Notes under the pieces: model-generated
Told to the model about the DNA's origin: nothing
Database searches by the model: none
What the model saw: only the letters and a program-made list of their open reading frames with translations
Made by a program: the position numbers and the translations under genes
Origin: Nitrosopumilus sp.
Lineage (GTDB): Archaea > Thermoproteota > Nitrososphaeria > Nitrososphaerales > Nitrosopumilaceae
Assembly (NCBI GenBank): GCA_965218695.1
Contig: OZ244651.1
Coordinates: forward strand, 992,001 to 1,056,000
Reading direction: 5' to 3'
Length of the DNA stretch: 64,000 nucleotides
In this document: positions 42,367-53,337 of the stretch, piece by piece
Layout: each line of letters opens with the position of its first letter
How positions within the stretch are numbered: position 1 is the stretch's first letter

Positions 42367-43989
42367 TTAGAAGCCTTTTGGAAGTGTACCTCGGGAGGCC
42401 TTTGGTGGTTCTGGTTCAGGTTCTGGCGTAAACCCCTTGGGTAGAACGCCGCGGCCCTTCTTGGCATTAGCTGCTGCTGCCACAGCATTTGCTTCAGCTT
42501 GTAGTGCTTTCTGATATGCTTGCTCTGCTTCAATTCTTTCTTGCTCGATTCTTTTGAGGTAGCTGCCTTCATAATCCTTCAATTGCTCTTGTCTTGATTT
42601 CATGTCATTGTCGCTATGTCTTGTTTGCTGTGGAGGTGGAGCCTGCTGTGTTTGTGCTGGTTCCGGTGCCTGTGTGGCAGTACCGCCTTCGAAACTCATA
42701 CCCACACCACTAAATGACCCAAACGTCTTGTCGGGAGGGTGATATGCCAGTCGTGCCCTTGTTGCAAAGTACTGGTTGGATGGCTGCGTATAGCCTGTAA
42801 CCTTGGCCTTTTGATCGTTCCAGTTGGTTGTCGGAACGCTTCCCACAGGTGCAGTCAGTCGTACATAGTATCGGTTAGGAGACGGTGAGTATCCGGTCAC
42901 CTTTGTCCTGTATTCGTGGAAGTCCGTCTGTGGGCTTGCATAGTATGCATCCTCCAATGCGGCATTGAATGTTGCCGGTGGCTGTGATGTTGTTTCTGCA
43001 GGCTTTGGTGCCTCCTTGGGCTTTGGTGCCTCCTTGGGCTTTGGCTTGTCAAATCCCTTTGGAAGTGTTCCCTTGGGCTTGGCAGTCTCTGCAGGCTTTG
43101 GTGCCTCCTTGGGCTTTGGCTTGTCAAATCCCTTTGGAAGTGTTCCCTTGGGCTTGGCAGTCTCTGCAGGCTTTGGTGCCTCCTTGGGCTTTGGTGCCTC
43201 CTTGGGCTTTGGCTTGTCAAATCCCTTTGGAAGTGTTCCCTTGGGCTTGGCAGTCTCTGCAGGCTTTGGTGCCTCCTTGGGCTTTGGCTTGTCAAATCCC
43301 TTTGGAAGTGTTCCCTTGGGCTTGGCAGTCTCTGCAGGCTTTGGTGCCTCTTGGGGCTTTGGTGCCTCTTGGGGCTTTGGTGCCTCTTGGGGCTTTGGTG
43401 CCTCTTGGGGCTTTGGTGCCTCTTGGGGCTTTGGTGCCTCTTGGGGCTTTGGTGCCTCTTGGGGCTTTGGTGCCTCTTGGGGCTTTGGTGCCTCTTGGGG
43501 CTTTGGTGCCTCTTGGGGCTTTGGTGCCTCTTGGGGCTTTGGTGCCTCTTGGGGCTTTGGTGCCTCTTGGGGCTTTGGTGCCTCTTGGGGCTTTGGTGCC
43601 TCTTGGGGCTTTGGTGCCTCTACATTGGCAGTTACCTTTCGTGGCCTGCCTCTTGGTCTTGGAGTCTTTGGTGTCGTGTCAGCAGTTACCTTTCGTGGCC
43701 TGCCTCTTGGTCTTGGAGTCTTTGGTGTCGTGTCAGCAGTTACCTTTCGTGGCCTGCCTCTTGGTCTTGGAGTCTTTGGTGTCGTGTCAGCAGTTACCTT
43801 TCGTGGCCTGCCTCTTGGTCTTGGAGTCTTTGGTGTCGTGTCAGCAGTTACCTTTCGTGGCCTGCCTCTTGGTCTTGGAGTCTTTGGTGTCGTGTCAGCA
43901 GTTACCTTTCGTGGCCTGCCTCTTGGTCTTTTAGATCCAGTCTGTGATGTGCTTGGCTTTTTGCTTGAACTTGCGTTGTCATTTGCCAT
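42367..43989 (-). CDS. Pro/Lys-rich repeat protein with six AT-hook motifs
   Basis: 6x RPRGRPRK (54-bp period), ~16x EAPKPQ (18-bp period), several KGTLPKGF, then a non-repetitive C-terminal domain. Confidence 0.85.
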   Translation of the reverse strand: MANDNASSSKKPSTSQTGSKRPRGRPRKVTADTTPKTPRPRGRPRKVTADTTPKTPRPRGRPRKVTADTTPKTPRPRGRPRKVTADTTPKTPRPRGRPRKVTADTTPKTPRPRGRPRKVTANVEAPKPQEAPKPQEAPKPQEAPKPQEAPKPQEAPKPQEAPKPQEAPKPQEAPKPQEAPKPQEAPKPQEAPKPQEAPKPQEAPKPQEAPKPQEAPKPAETAKPKGTLPKGFDKPKPKEAPKPAETAKPKGTLPKGFDKPKPKEAPKPKEAPKPAETAKPKGTLPKGFDKPKPKEAPKPAETAKPKGTLPKGFDKPKPKEAPKPKEAPKPAETTSQPPATFNAALEDAYYASPQTDFHEYRTKVTGYSPSPNRYYVRLTAPVGSVPTTNWNDQKAKVTGYTQPSNQYFATRARLAYHPPDKTFGSFSGVGMSFEGGTATQAPEPAQTQQAPPPQQTRHSDNDMKSRQEQLKDYEGSYLKRIEQERIEAEQAYQKALQAEANAVAAAANAKKGRGVLPKGFTPEPEPEPPKASRGTLPKGF

Positions 43990-44126
43990 TCCTTACAGTA
44001 AATACAGCACTGTTTATTTACATTTTGATTAGTGCATACCATGGTTCAAATTAATTCATAAAATTAGACAAAAATTTGCAAAAATTTTATTGCGTTGCGA
44101 TCTAGGCCTAAAGGGAGATCTGTGAG

Positions 44127-44327
44127 TTAATCAGGTTCCCAAAATGCCATTACATACATGCAGTTATTGCATCGCCAGAGGTTTACATGAATTCCGTTGT
44201 CGGTGTCTGCAACGTATTTTCCTTCATCAGTCCGGCTTACCTTGGGCAGGTAACTCAATTCAGGGCTCTGTAGCCATTCCCTTTGTTGGCAGTTGGGACA
44301 TATGATATTTGGAGGCATAAATGACAT
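44127..44327 (-). CDS. Small zinc-ribbon protein
   Basis: CPNC...CNNC. Confidence 0.8.
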   Translation of the reverse strand: MSFMPPNIICPNCQQREWLQSPELSYLPKVSRTDEGKYVADTDNGIHVNLWRCNNCMYVMAFWEPD

Positions 44328-44377
44328 ACGCAGTAATCAAAAAAAACATTTCTATGAAAAAGAGAAGAATTGTGGGG

Positions 44378-45541
44378 TTAGAAACCTTTTGGAAGCTTGC
44401 CCTTTGCGGGTTTTGGTTCCGGTGTCTGCTCTGCCTGTGTGGCAGTACCGCCTTCGAAACTCATACCCACACCACTAAATGACCCAAACGTCTTGTCGGG
44501 AGGGTGATATGCCAGTCGTGCCCTTGTTGCAAAGTACTGGTTGGATGGCTGCGTATAGCCTGTAACCTTGGCCTTGTGATCGTTCCAGTTGGTTGTCGGA
44601 ACGCTTCCCACAGGTGCAGTCAGTCGTACATAGTATCGGTTAGGAGACGGTGAGTATCCGGTCACCTTTGTCCTGTATTCGTGGAAGTCCGTCTGTGGGC
44701 TTGCATAGTATGCATCCTCCAATGCGGCATTGAGTGTTGCCGGTGGCTGTGATGTTGTTTCTGCAGGCTTTGGTGCCTCCTTGGGCTTTGGTGCCTCCTT
44801 GGGCTTTGGCGTGTCAAATCCCTTTGGAAGTGTTCCCTTGGGCTTTGGTGCCTCCTTGGGCTTTGGTGCCTCCTTGGGCTTTGGTGCCTCCTTGGGCTTT
44901 GGCGTGTCAAATCCCTTTGGAAGTGTTCCCTTGGGCTTGGCAGTCTCTGCAGGCTTTGGTGCCTCCTTGGGCTTTGGTGCCTCCTTGGGCTTTGGCGTGT
45001 CAAATCCCTTTGGAAGTGTTTCCTTGGGCTTGGCAGTCTCTGCAGGCTTTGGTGCCTCCTTGGGCTTTGGTGCCTCCTTGGGCTTTGGCGTGTCAAATCC
45101 CTTTGGAAGTGTTCCCTTGGGCTTGGCAGTCTCTGCAGGCTTTGCGGCCGTATCGGTAGTTAACTTCCGTGGCCTGCCTCTTGGTCTTGCAGGCTTTGCG
45201 GCCGTATCGGTAGTTAACTTCCGTGGCCTGCCTCTTGGTCTTGCAGGCTTTGCGGCCGTATCGGTAGTTAACTTCCGTGGCCTGCCTCTTGGTCTTGCAG
45301 GCTTTGCGGCCGTATCGGTAGTTAACTTCCGTGGCCTGCCTCTTGGTCTTGCAGGCTTTGGTGCCTCCTTGGGCTTTGGCTTGTCAAATCCCTTTGGAAG
45401 TGCTCCCTTGGGCTTGGCAGTCTCTGCAGGTTGCTGTTCTGAATCAAGACTTGATTGTATGTCTGTGGTGTAATCGTGTAGTGATGTCTCTAAATCAGCA
45501 GCTTCGTCGTAATTTTTAGGCGATTTTTTAGCTTTTTGCAT
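44378..45541 (-). CDS. Paralogous repeat protein with four AT-hook motifs
   Basis: 4x KPARPRGRPRKLTTDTAA, LPKGF repeats, same C-terminal domain as 42367-43989. Confidence 0.85.
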   Translation of the reverse strand: MQKAKKSPKNYDEAADLETSLHDYTTDIQSSLDSEQQPAETAKPKGALPKGFDKPKPKEAPKPARPRGRPRKLTTDTAAKPARPRGRPRKLTTDTAAKPARPRGRPRKLTTDTAAKPARPRGRPRKLTTDTAAKPAETAKPKGTLPKGFDTPKPKEAPKPKEAPKPAETAKPKETLPKGFDTPKPKEAPKPKEAPKPAETAKPKGTLPKGFDTPKPKEAPKPKEAPKPKEAPKPKGTLPKGFDTPKPKEAPKPKEAPKPAETTSQPPATLNAALEDAYYASPQTDFHEYRTKVTGYSPSPNRYYVRLTAPVGSVPTTNWNDHKAKVTGYTQPSNQYFATRARLAYHPPDKTFGSFSGVGMSFEGGTATQAEQTPEPKPAKGKLPKGF

Positions 45542-45600
45542 TGCTCTGAGTGAATGATCTGGGGTTTATGTATATTTGGGTTATCTGGGGTGTGTCCTAG

Positions 45601-46642
45601 AGGCATATACCCCCGGATGACAAAAGATATGGATCGGCGGATCACGGCATCGCCTAATGACTACAAAGAAACGCGACCAACGACAGTACGATTTGGTTCA
45701 GCAGTACCTGTCGGGCCTCATGCTGAATACCGTGCTGGGAATAATCAAGAATCTTGGGGATCCGTACGCCGTCAGGCCCGGTCTGGGTGGCATGACGGCA
45801 TACCCGCCTGGCGCCATGGCAGCTGTCTGCATCATGCTTGAGGCACAGCGCACGACCTACCGTAAGATGGTCGGCATCCTCCGAAACAATAGCGCCATGG
45901 CAGCCAAGATGGGCCTAGAGAAAATTCCCTCCAAGAGCACGATAGCACGCGCCTACGGCCTGATCCCGGAATGGTACCTGGCAGAGGCACACCGGATTGC
46001 CATCAGGGAGGTGGAGGCAGGCTCCTTGGCAGCAGACAGCACCGGGTACTCGTACCTGCGGTTTGTCAGGTGGTTTAACGTCAGGACCGACAGTTTTCGT
46101 ACCAGAAAGGGATGGGTCAAGCTGCACGCAATCGTGGACATACGCACCAGGGTGATAATCGACTGCATGGTGACTGACAGCGCAGTGGCAGACATAAACG
46201 GGCTGTACGCGATGCTCGGCAGGCTCGGCCTAGGCACCGGTGACTTTTGCCTGGATTCTGCATACCTGGCAAGGCTCATGTGCAACATGATATCTGCGAT
46301 GGAAATGGTGCCCCGCATCAAGCCAAAATCCAACACCATACGCAACGCCAGGGGAAGTCAGTCGTGGCGCGAGATGGTAAGCCTGTACATGGATGACAAG
46401 GACAGGTTTGACTCGGAATACCACCAGCGCAGCATCATCGAGGCAGTCTTTGCAGCCCTCAAGAAGATGTACGGGGACAGCACCAGGTGCCGAAAACACG
46501 AGAACCGGACAAGGGAGACTGCGATCCGTGTCATGTGCTACAACGTCGAGCTCGTGGCCAGATTGCAGGCAAAAGACGGCAGGCTCACACAGGATCAAAT
46601 CGCGACACTTGCAGCGTAACCGGCGCGTCTTGACACGCGCCT
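45601..46642 (+). mobile_element. IS5-family element (transposase 45657-46619)
   Basis: DSTG, KLH, DSAY, YHQRSIIEAVF; ends AGGC...GCCT flanked by a direct CCTAG. Confidence 0.85.
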
Positions 46643-47547
46643 CCTAGCGGAGCCTCCGCACAGTGTCTTGAATTTGGGGGATTTTATGGGTTGTGAAAGA
46701 TTGACGGTGCGGCACTGTTGGTGTCGACGGGTTCTGGCACCAATCATGTCTTTGGCATCTTGGCACATGAAATGGCATTTTTTATTACTAGAACACACCC
46801 GGTTATCTGACTACGCCTCCTCATCCGGCGTATCTGGGCATGAACCATGCAAATAACTCCGCTTGGTTTTGAAACAATCTGAGCATGTATGTCTGATTCT
46901 CCGAATACGAGTGGTAACTGTATTCTCATCTTCGTACTGATGTTGTGCCTACCATGCCCTCTTGAATGGGATCCGTATGGATGTTTTACAAAATTACATC
47001 GGGCTCGTCCCACACTGATGCAAACATCACCGGTACTGTCTCTGGGGTATGGGGATGAGGCTGGCGCAGATATTTGTGTACAAAATGTCTTCAAAAGGAG
47101 AATTGGTGGTTGGCAAGCAGACTGGCGAGAAATACCATGTCTGGTGGGGGAGGCTATTTCTCGTACACCTGAATTGCCATGGATGTCAATTTGAATAAAT
47201 GGTGAATTCTTTTATGATTAATTGCGGCCAGACGTGTTTTGGGCATGTCCTGCAAACACGGATTCATATCTTGACCACGCAGGTTTGGTTTTTTCAGCGT
47301 AATAATCAAAAGCATGACACGTGTCATTGGCACGGTATGACATGCACCACGGCATTATGTCCGTGTAGCCAAACTCTGGCAGTCGCGTATGGGGGATCGG
47401 CGTCACGCATGCTGAATCTTTATTGTGGCTGGAACGTGATTCACAGCAAGCAGCCAAGCACAAAACGTGCATCATCTTGATTTGATGGTACAGAGAACAT
47501 CCGACCCAGCATAATCAAGTTTTATATGCATAGGGCGTTTATGATGT

Positions 47548-47925
47548 TTGATGGATGATTTTGAGAAGGATTTTCCGGATTTTGACTGGAAGAACGTGCC
47601 TGCATACGAGCATCCCGGAGGCAAGGACTGCCCATGCCCAAAGCACGAATACATCCGGGAACAGATCAATTTTACAAAACAGGTAAATGAAAAAGGCAAG
47701 GAACCATCCAAGATTACACTCAGATTTTGTCCTGATCACTACCGAGTCTACATGGATGAGGTTATTCCTGCAATGCCCCTGAAATACAAGCTGCTGACAA
47801 AGATAGCCCTGAAGATTGGTGCAATCCAGGTGGAGCAGTTAAAGTATATGGAATCCGGACTCTGCTTTTATTGCAAGTTTGGATCCGGGGGACACGACAA
47901 AAAGACAGAACTGCCCCCGATGTAG
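47548..47925 (+). CDS. Conserved Cys-rich hypothetical protein
   Basis: CPCPKH, CPDH, CFYC; TTTATAT upstream. Confidence 0.75.
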   Translation: MMDDFEKDFPDFDWKNVPAYEHPGGKDCPCPKHEYIREQINFTKQVNEKGKEPSKITLRFCPDHYRVYMDEVIPAMPLKYKLLTKIALKIGAIQVEQLKYMESGLCFYCKFGSGGHDKKTELPPM

Positions 47926-48159
47926 GGCAGGTATGCCAAGTCTTCTGATAATGCAACTGCGTGAATGGCAAAAGGGCACGACTGATGCCGTCTACGGAAT
48001 TGCAGTTCGGCGCGGCATACTGCATTGGCAGGCTTGGGGCACGTCGTGTGAAAAATCCGAATCCCGCTTTGTTGTGATGGACGGCAGCATGCAGGGCAGG
48101 CGCCATACACACGCTCTGAATCCAGTTAAGCTTATACCCAAACCGGCACCATATCCATC

Positions 48160-49602
48160 ATGACGATAAAAGACATTCACGAGCTCATCTCCGAGTTGGA
48201 AGGATGCGGGGAATTAAAGAGAGTCAAGGCAAGTGTTGATGCAGACCTTGAGGTTGCAGAGATCCTGAGGAGGGAGATGTACCGTGGAGGTCCGGCGATC
48301 CTGTTTGAGAACGTAAAAGGATACGACATGCCAATACTTGGAAACACGTTTGGTTCCATGAAGCGGCTGGAGATCGGACTCGGAATGACGGATTTTACCG
48401 AGATTGGCAGGCGCATAGTGGAGATGACAAGGATGAGCGTCCCATCGGGGCTTTTGGGCAAGCTAAGAAAGCTTCCAGAGCTCTCAAAGATGGCAGCAGT
48501 GTTTCCCAAAAATGAGACAAACGGGCCGGTATCGGAGGTCGTATCTGCAGAGCCGTCATTTGATGGGATTCCAATCATAAAGTCGTGGCCGAAAGATGCA
48601 GGAAGATTCATCACGCTGGGAATGGTTGCTACAGCGCATCCTGAGACGGGGGTTAGAAACTTGGGCGTGTTTAGAATGCAGGTTATAGACAGCACCCATG
48701 CCCTGATGCACTGGCAGAGACACAAGAGGGGAGCCCACCACGGCGAGATCTCAAGGGACCGAGGGGAGAGAATACCTGCTGCCATAATCATAGGCGGGGA
48801 TCCGGCAACCGTCTTTTCGGCGATTGCGCCTGTTCCCGAGGGACTGGACAAGTATCTGTTTGCAGGAATTACAAGAAAGGAGGGAATCAGTACAGTAAGG
48901 TGCAAGACAGTTGATCTGGATGTTCCTGCAAACGCAGAGATTGTCATGGAGGGATATGTTGATCCTGCGGATCTCAGGGACGAGGGGCCCTTTGGAGATC
49001 ATACCGGATACTACACGCCAGTCGAGCCATACCCTGTATTCACGCTTACAGGAGTCATGCACAGGAGGAATCCGGTATATGTGACTACTGTGGTGGGAAA
49101 GCCGGTTCTGGAGGATGCATACATTGGAAAGGTAATTGAGCAGTCATTTCTGCCGCTGATCAGGATGTTTCATCCAGAGGTGGCAGATTTCAGCATGCCG
49201 GCATCAGGATGGTTTCAGGGGCTGGCAGTCGTATCGATCACAAAGAGATACCCGGGTCAGGCAAAGAAGGTGATGATGGGCCTGTGGGGAATGGGACAGC
49301 TCTCCCTTACAAAGACGCTTGTAGTAGTCGACGAGGACATCAACGTTCACGATATGAACGATGTCATATGGGCAGTGACGACGAGGGCGGATCCTGCAAG
49401 GGATACGACGATCATTGCCAACACGCCTACCGACACCCTTGATCCGGCATCCCCGCTTGTCAACCTGGGCTCCAAGATGGGTATTGATGCAACGCAGAAG
49501 ACAAGCGAGGAGGGATACCAGAGGGAGATTCAGCAGAAGGTGGGGGTAGACGAGAAGACAAGAAGCATGGTTGATTCCAGATGGCACGAATACGGGCTAT
49601 GA
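48160..49602 (+). CDS. ubiD: UbiD-family decarboxylase (menaquinone biosynthesis)
   Basis: GPAILFE, RNLGVFRMQ, EGPFGDHTGYY, LDPAS, SKMGIDAT. Confidence 0.92.
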   Translation: MTIKDIHELISELEGCGELKRVKASVDADLEVAEILRREMYRGGPAILFENVKGYDMPILGNTFGSMKRLEIGLGMTDFTEIGRRIVEMTRMSVPSGLLGKLRKLPELSKMAAVFPKNETNGPVSEVVSAEPSFDGIPIIKSWPKDAGRFITLGMVATAHPETGVRNLGVFRMQVIDSTHALMHWQRHKRGAHHGEISRDRGERIPAAIIIGGDPATVFSAIAPVPEGLDKYLFAGITRKEGISTVRCKTVDLDVPANAEIVMEGYVDPADLRDEGPFGDHTGYYTPVEPYPVFTLTGVMHRRNPVYVTTVVGKPVLEDAYIGKVIEQSFLPLIRMFHPEVADFSMPASGWFQGLAVVSITKRYPGQAKKVMMGLWGMGQLSLTKTLVVVDEDINVHDMNDVIWAVTTRADPARDTTIIANTPTDTLDPASPLVNLGSKMGIDATQKTSEEGYQREIQQKVGVDEKTRSMVDSRWHEYGL

Positions 49603-50715
49603 TGCCAGGACGGGATTGTAAAAGTTGTCCCGCTCCTCCACGGTGTATCCGATCTGACGTATGGCCTCTGCTATGATGCTGCCGGTAAGCTCAGTAGAGC
49701 GGGCCCCCGTACAGGATACGACCTCCTCGCCGATGAGCGTTCCACCAAAGTCATCTGCGCCATACTGCAAGGCAAGCTGGGCCATTCCGACCCCGTTTGT
49801 AAGCCAGGATGACTGGATGTGCGGGATCAAGTCATCAAAGATCAGCCTGGATATGGCAATCATCTTTAGCAGCTGAATGCCGCCGGTTCCGTGCTTGACG
49901 GTTCCATCTTGCTGCATCAGTGTGTTGTTTGGCTCAAAATTCCATGGAATAAACGCCATAAACCCACCTGTCCGTTCCTGCAGTCTTGTTATCTTCATAA
50001 AGTGCTCTGCAATGTCTGCGTTGCTCTCTACATGTCCGTACATCATCGTCGCAGAGGCAGGAAGCCCGATGGAGTGCGCCTCGCCCATGATCCTAATCCA
50101 GTCGTCGCTTGCAATCTTCTTTGGGCTGATGATGTCCTTTACAGAGTCGACTAGTATCTCTGCCCCGGCTCCGGGGACCGACTGCAGTCCAGAGTCTTTG
50201 AGTCGGGAAAGAACATCCAGGGTCGAGGATTTTTCAACCTTTGCAATCATGTCGATCTCTGATGCGGACAGCCCGTGAAGGCCCACCATCGGAAACTTTT
50301 TGCGGATCATTCTGAATGCATCCTCGTAATACTCTATTCCAAGGTGGGGATTGTGTCCGCCCTGGATCAGGACCTGGCGTATCTTGAACATGTCCCATGC
50401 CGCACTCACCCTGGACTCAATCTGATCAAGGCTCAACGTGTAGGACTCGTCGTCTCCGGGCGGCCGGTAGAATGCACAGAACTTGCAGTCTGTAATACAG
50501 ACGTTGGTGTAGTTTAGGATTATGTTGTTTACAAATGACGCCTTTCTTCCAAACCGTCTTCTTGCCAGCTGTCCGGAGACAAGCCCCATGAGATGAACCT
50601 CGTCAGACTCCAGAAGCCTAATGCAGTCGTCGTACCCCGGCTTGCATCCGTTAAGCGAGTTGTCCAGAATGTCGCCGACGCCGCTATTTTTTATGTACTC
50701 TACGGCTTGGCTCAT
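49597..50715 (-). CDS. mqnC: Cyclic dehypoxanthinyl futalosine synthase (radical SAM)
   Basis: NYTNVCITDCKFCAF, QGG, PGAGAEIL, ATMMYGH, AFIPW, GADDFGG. Confidence 0.85.
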   Translation of the reverse strand: MSQAVEYIKNSGVGDILDNSLNGCKPGYDDCIRLLESDEVHLMGLVSGQLARRRFGRKASFVNNIILNYTNVCITDCKFCAFYRPPGDDESYTLSLDQIESRVSAAWDMFKIRQVLIQGGHNPHLGIEYYEDAFRMIRKKFPMVGLHGLSASEIDMIAKVEKSSTLDVLSRLKDSGLQSVPGAGAEILVDSVKDIISPKKIASDDWIRIMGEAHSIGLPASATMMYGHVESNADIAEHFMKITRLQERTGGFMAFIPWNFEPNNTLMQQDGTVKHGTGGIQLLKMIAISRLIFDDLIPHIQSSWLTNGVGMAQLALQYGADDFGGTLIGEEVVSCTGARSTELTGSIIAEAIRQIGYTVEERDNFYNPVLAS

Positions 50716-50870
50716 AATCCTGTGTTCCGTACGATTATTATTTAAACCATAATGAGTGCCAGATGTCTGGGATCTGTCCGGACGTGAATATGCAAACGAC
50801 CGTGCCTGATCTTGGAGACTGGCCGGGCGTGCACTGCCTGATTCTGGCACAGGAACATTTAGGTTATTTT

Positions 50871-52511
50871 GTATCTGTGTAGTTTTTTGATCAAATGTTG
50901 AACTCCATATCTACAATCAGAAAATCCGCGTCTGTCTAATTTTTTAAAACTATTTTTGATCACTTGATCGAGTTTTTCTCTCCGTCCTAATTTTTAGATC
51001 ATTGTTGCCCACGGTTTGCATATGTCTGATGATAATTCCGAGTCAAGGATTGCAGAACTGGAGGAAAAAGTGGGTATGATGGCAGAGCAGATGGCCGAAA
51101 AAGACCGGCAGATGGCCGAAAAAGACCGGCAGATGGCCAAACTCGCTGATCTTTACGCTGCCGCCCTCAAACAGATCCAGGATCTCACGGCAGAGTTGCA
51201 GGAGGCAAAGGGCATCATATCGGCTGCCGTTGCAAGGAGCATCGGCGCAAAACCGGACAAAAAGACCGGCAGTACCCGGCGCCGCGCAAAGGGCAAGGGC
51301 AAGGCCAAGGGCAAGCCAAGTGACCACAAACGCACGGGCCTTGCGCGTCCTGAAAGAATAGACGCAGAGGAGACGGCAGATCCCCACACGTGCGACAACT
51401 GCGGCAGCTCCGACCTCTCCGAGTGCGTATCCACGTACACAAAGGTGGTAAGGGAGGCTGCCAAGACGGAACTAAAGCACATCAAGGTGACAGTAAAGAG
51501 AAGGCGTTGCAGGAACTGCAAGAGGACCGTGTCCGGCAGGACTCCGCTGGCACTGCCAAACTCCAGGTACGGGATCAACTTTATGATAATGATGGTCATC
51601 CTCCGGCTGCACGGCATGTCAGACCTCAGAATATGCAATATTGTCATGATGATGTACTCGGCAAGAATCACGGAATCTGCGATAAACCGCATGGTGTGCA
51701 GGATGGCCCGGGAGCTCGGGCCGCTGTACGAGAAGATCAAGGAGGAGGTAAGAAACTCGCCTGCGATAAACGGGGACGAGACAATCTGGCGCGTCGACGG
51801 CACGAACTACTGGCTGTGGGTGGCTGTAGCCAGGTACGCCGTAATCTACGAGGTGCACCGCCACAGGAACTCGAAGGTTCCAAAAAAGATGCTCGGCAAG
51901 GACTACCCGGGATGCGTCACGTCTGACTCGTGGGCCGCGTGGAACGTCATCGGATCCGAACACCAAAAGTGCCACCTTCATTACGCCCGGGACATCAAGG
52001 ACACCCTGAAATACAAGAATCCCGGCTACGACTACAAGCGTCACGCAAGGACGCTGCGCGCGATACCGTGGGACTCGCACATCGACGGCGCCGTTCCGGG
52101 AGGGGCAGACGCGCTTGCCGCAAAGAAGAGGCTGGATCGTCGTATCGCGTCACTTATCGGCAGGCTCGAAAAGGACCGCGACTGCAAGCACTGCAACAGG
52201 ATGCGCAAGAGGCTGGTGCGGGAAAAAGGCCACCTGTTTGCGTTTCTGGAGACAGACGGCGTCGAATACCACAACAACCGGGCAGAGCGGGCCATCAGGC
52301 CGTGCGTCATCCTGCGCAAGAACAGCAACGGGAGCAGGTCAAAGAAGGGTGCAGATGCCATTGCCACGCTGATGAGCATCAAGCAGACATGCAAGGCAAG
52401 GGGAGATGATCTTGGCACGATCCTGCGCGAGGGCCTGGCTCCACGTCAAAAAACTGCATAGACGCGCGTAGGCATGGAGTTCAACATTTGATCAAAAAAC
52501 TATGCAGTTAC
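50871..52511 (+). mobile_element. IS66-family element of a second type (transposase 51016-52461)
   Basis: ~38-bp TIRs (GTATCTGTGTAGTTTTTTGATCAAATGTTGAACTCCAT); 8-bp TSD GTTATTTT at 50863-50870 and 52512-52519; GDET, QKCHLH, NNRAERAIR. Confidence 0.95.
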
Positions 52512-52548
52512 GTTATTTTTAATTAGGGTGTAAAAGCGAGAATAGCAC

Positions 52549-53337
52549 ATGGTATCCGGTAACCAGATAAGACTCAGTCGCATCCTCCGGAAGGGAAAGA
52601 TGCTCTGCATTCCAATGGATCACGGGATCTCAAACGGCCCCATCAGGGGCCTTGAGGATCCTGCCTCGGTCATATACAAGTGTGACGGACGGGGCCTTAC
52701 AAGCATAATCATCAACAAGGGAATCCTAAAGTCCCTGCCCAAGCCGATCAGGGCAGGAGTACTGGTTCATTTTTCAAGCAGTACGTCGCTTTCGCTATCC
52801 CCCAACCGCAAGATGCTGACTGGCACTGTAAAGGAGGCAGTCGCCATGGGGGCCGACGGGGTATCATTACACATCAACATTGGCGGAGCAGAGGAACCTG
52901 AGATGCTCAGGGATCTGGGAGATATCGCAGGCCAGTGTCACAGGTGGGGCATGCCGCTTCTGGCAATGATGTACCCGAGGGGTGAGAACATCAAGAATCC
53001 GCACGACCCGGAGATTGTGGCGCATGCTGCAAGGATAGGGGCAGAGTGCGGGGCAGACATAGTCAAGACACTGTACACCGGGAATCCGGACTCTTTTGCA
53101 GAGATTGTAAAGAGCACGCCGGTCCCGGTTGTGATTGCAGGAGGCCCCAAGGCTGAAACGGACATGGACATTTTACAGATGACTGAAGATGCCATCGGGG
53201 CCGGGGCCGCAGGGGTGACATACGGCAGAAACATCTTTGCACACAAGGCGCCAGAGAAGATGGTGGAGGCGCTGGCAGAGATAATCTTCAAAAAGGGGAC
53301 AGCCGCAGAAGCGATGAAGAGAATTGACCAAGCCTAG
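52549..53337 (+). CDS. aroA': 2-amino-3,7-dideoxy-D-threo-hept-6-ulosonate synthase (class I aldolase)
   Basis: PMDHG, MMYPRG, GADIVKT, AGG, GRNIF; heads the aro operon. Confidence 0.9.
   Translation: MVSGNQIRLSRILRKGKMLCIPMDHGISNGPIRGLEDPASVIYKCDGRGLTSIIINKGILKSLPKPIRAGVLVHFSSSTSLSLSPNRKMLTGTVKEAVAMGADGVSLHINIGGAEEPEMLRDLGDIAGQCHRWGMPLLAMMYPRGENIKNPHDPEIVAHAARIGAECGADIVKTLYTGNPDSFAEIVKSTPVPVVIAGGPKAETDMDILQMTEDAIGAGAAGVTYGRNIFAHKAPEKMVEALAEIIFKKGTAAEAMKRIDQA

Noticed and set aside
42965-45473. Plus-strand GFGASW / LVPLGA / LGLWCL repeat ORFs
   Set aside because: Antisense frames of the stop-free repeats in the AT-hook genes
46650-47500. Short ORFs here and at 27600-28050 and 21000-21550
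   Set aside because: No recognisable motifs; probably decayed or intergenic DNA
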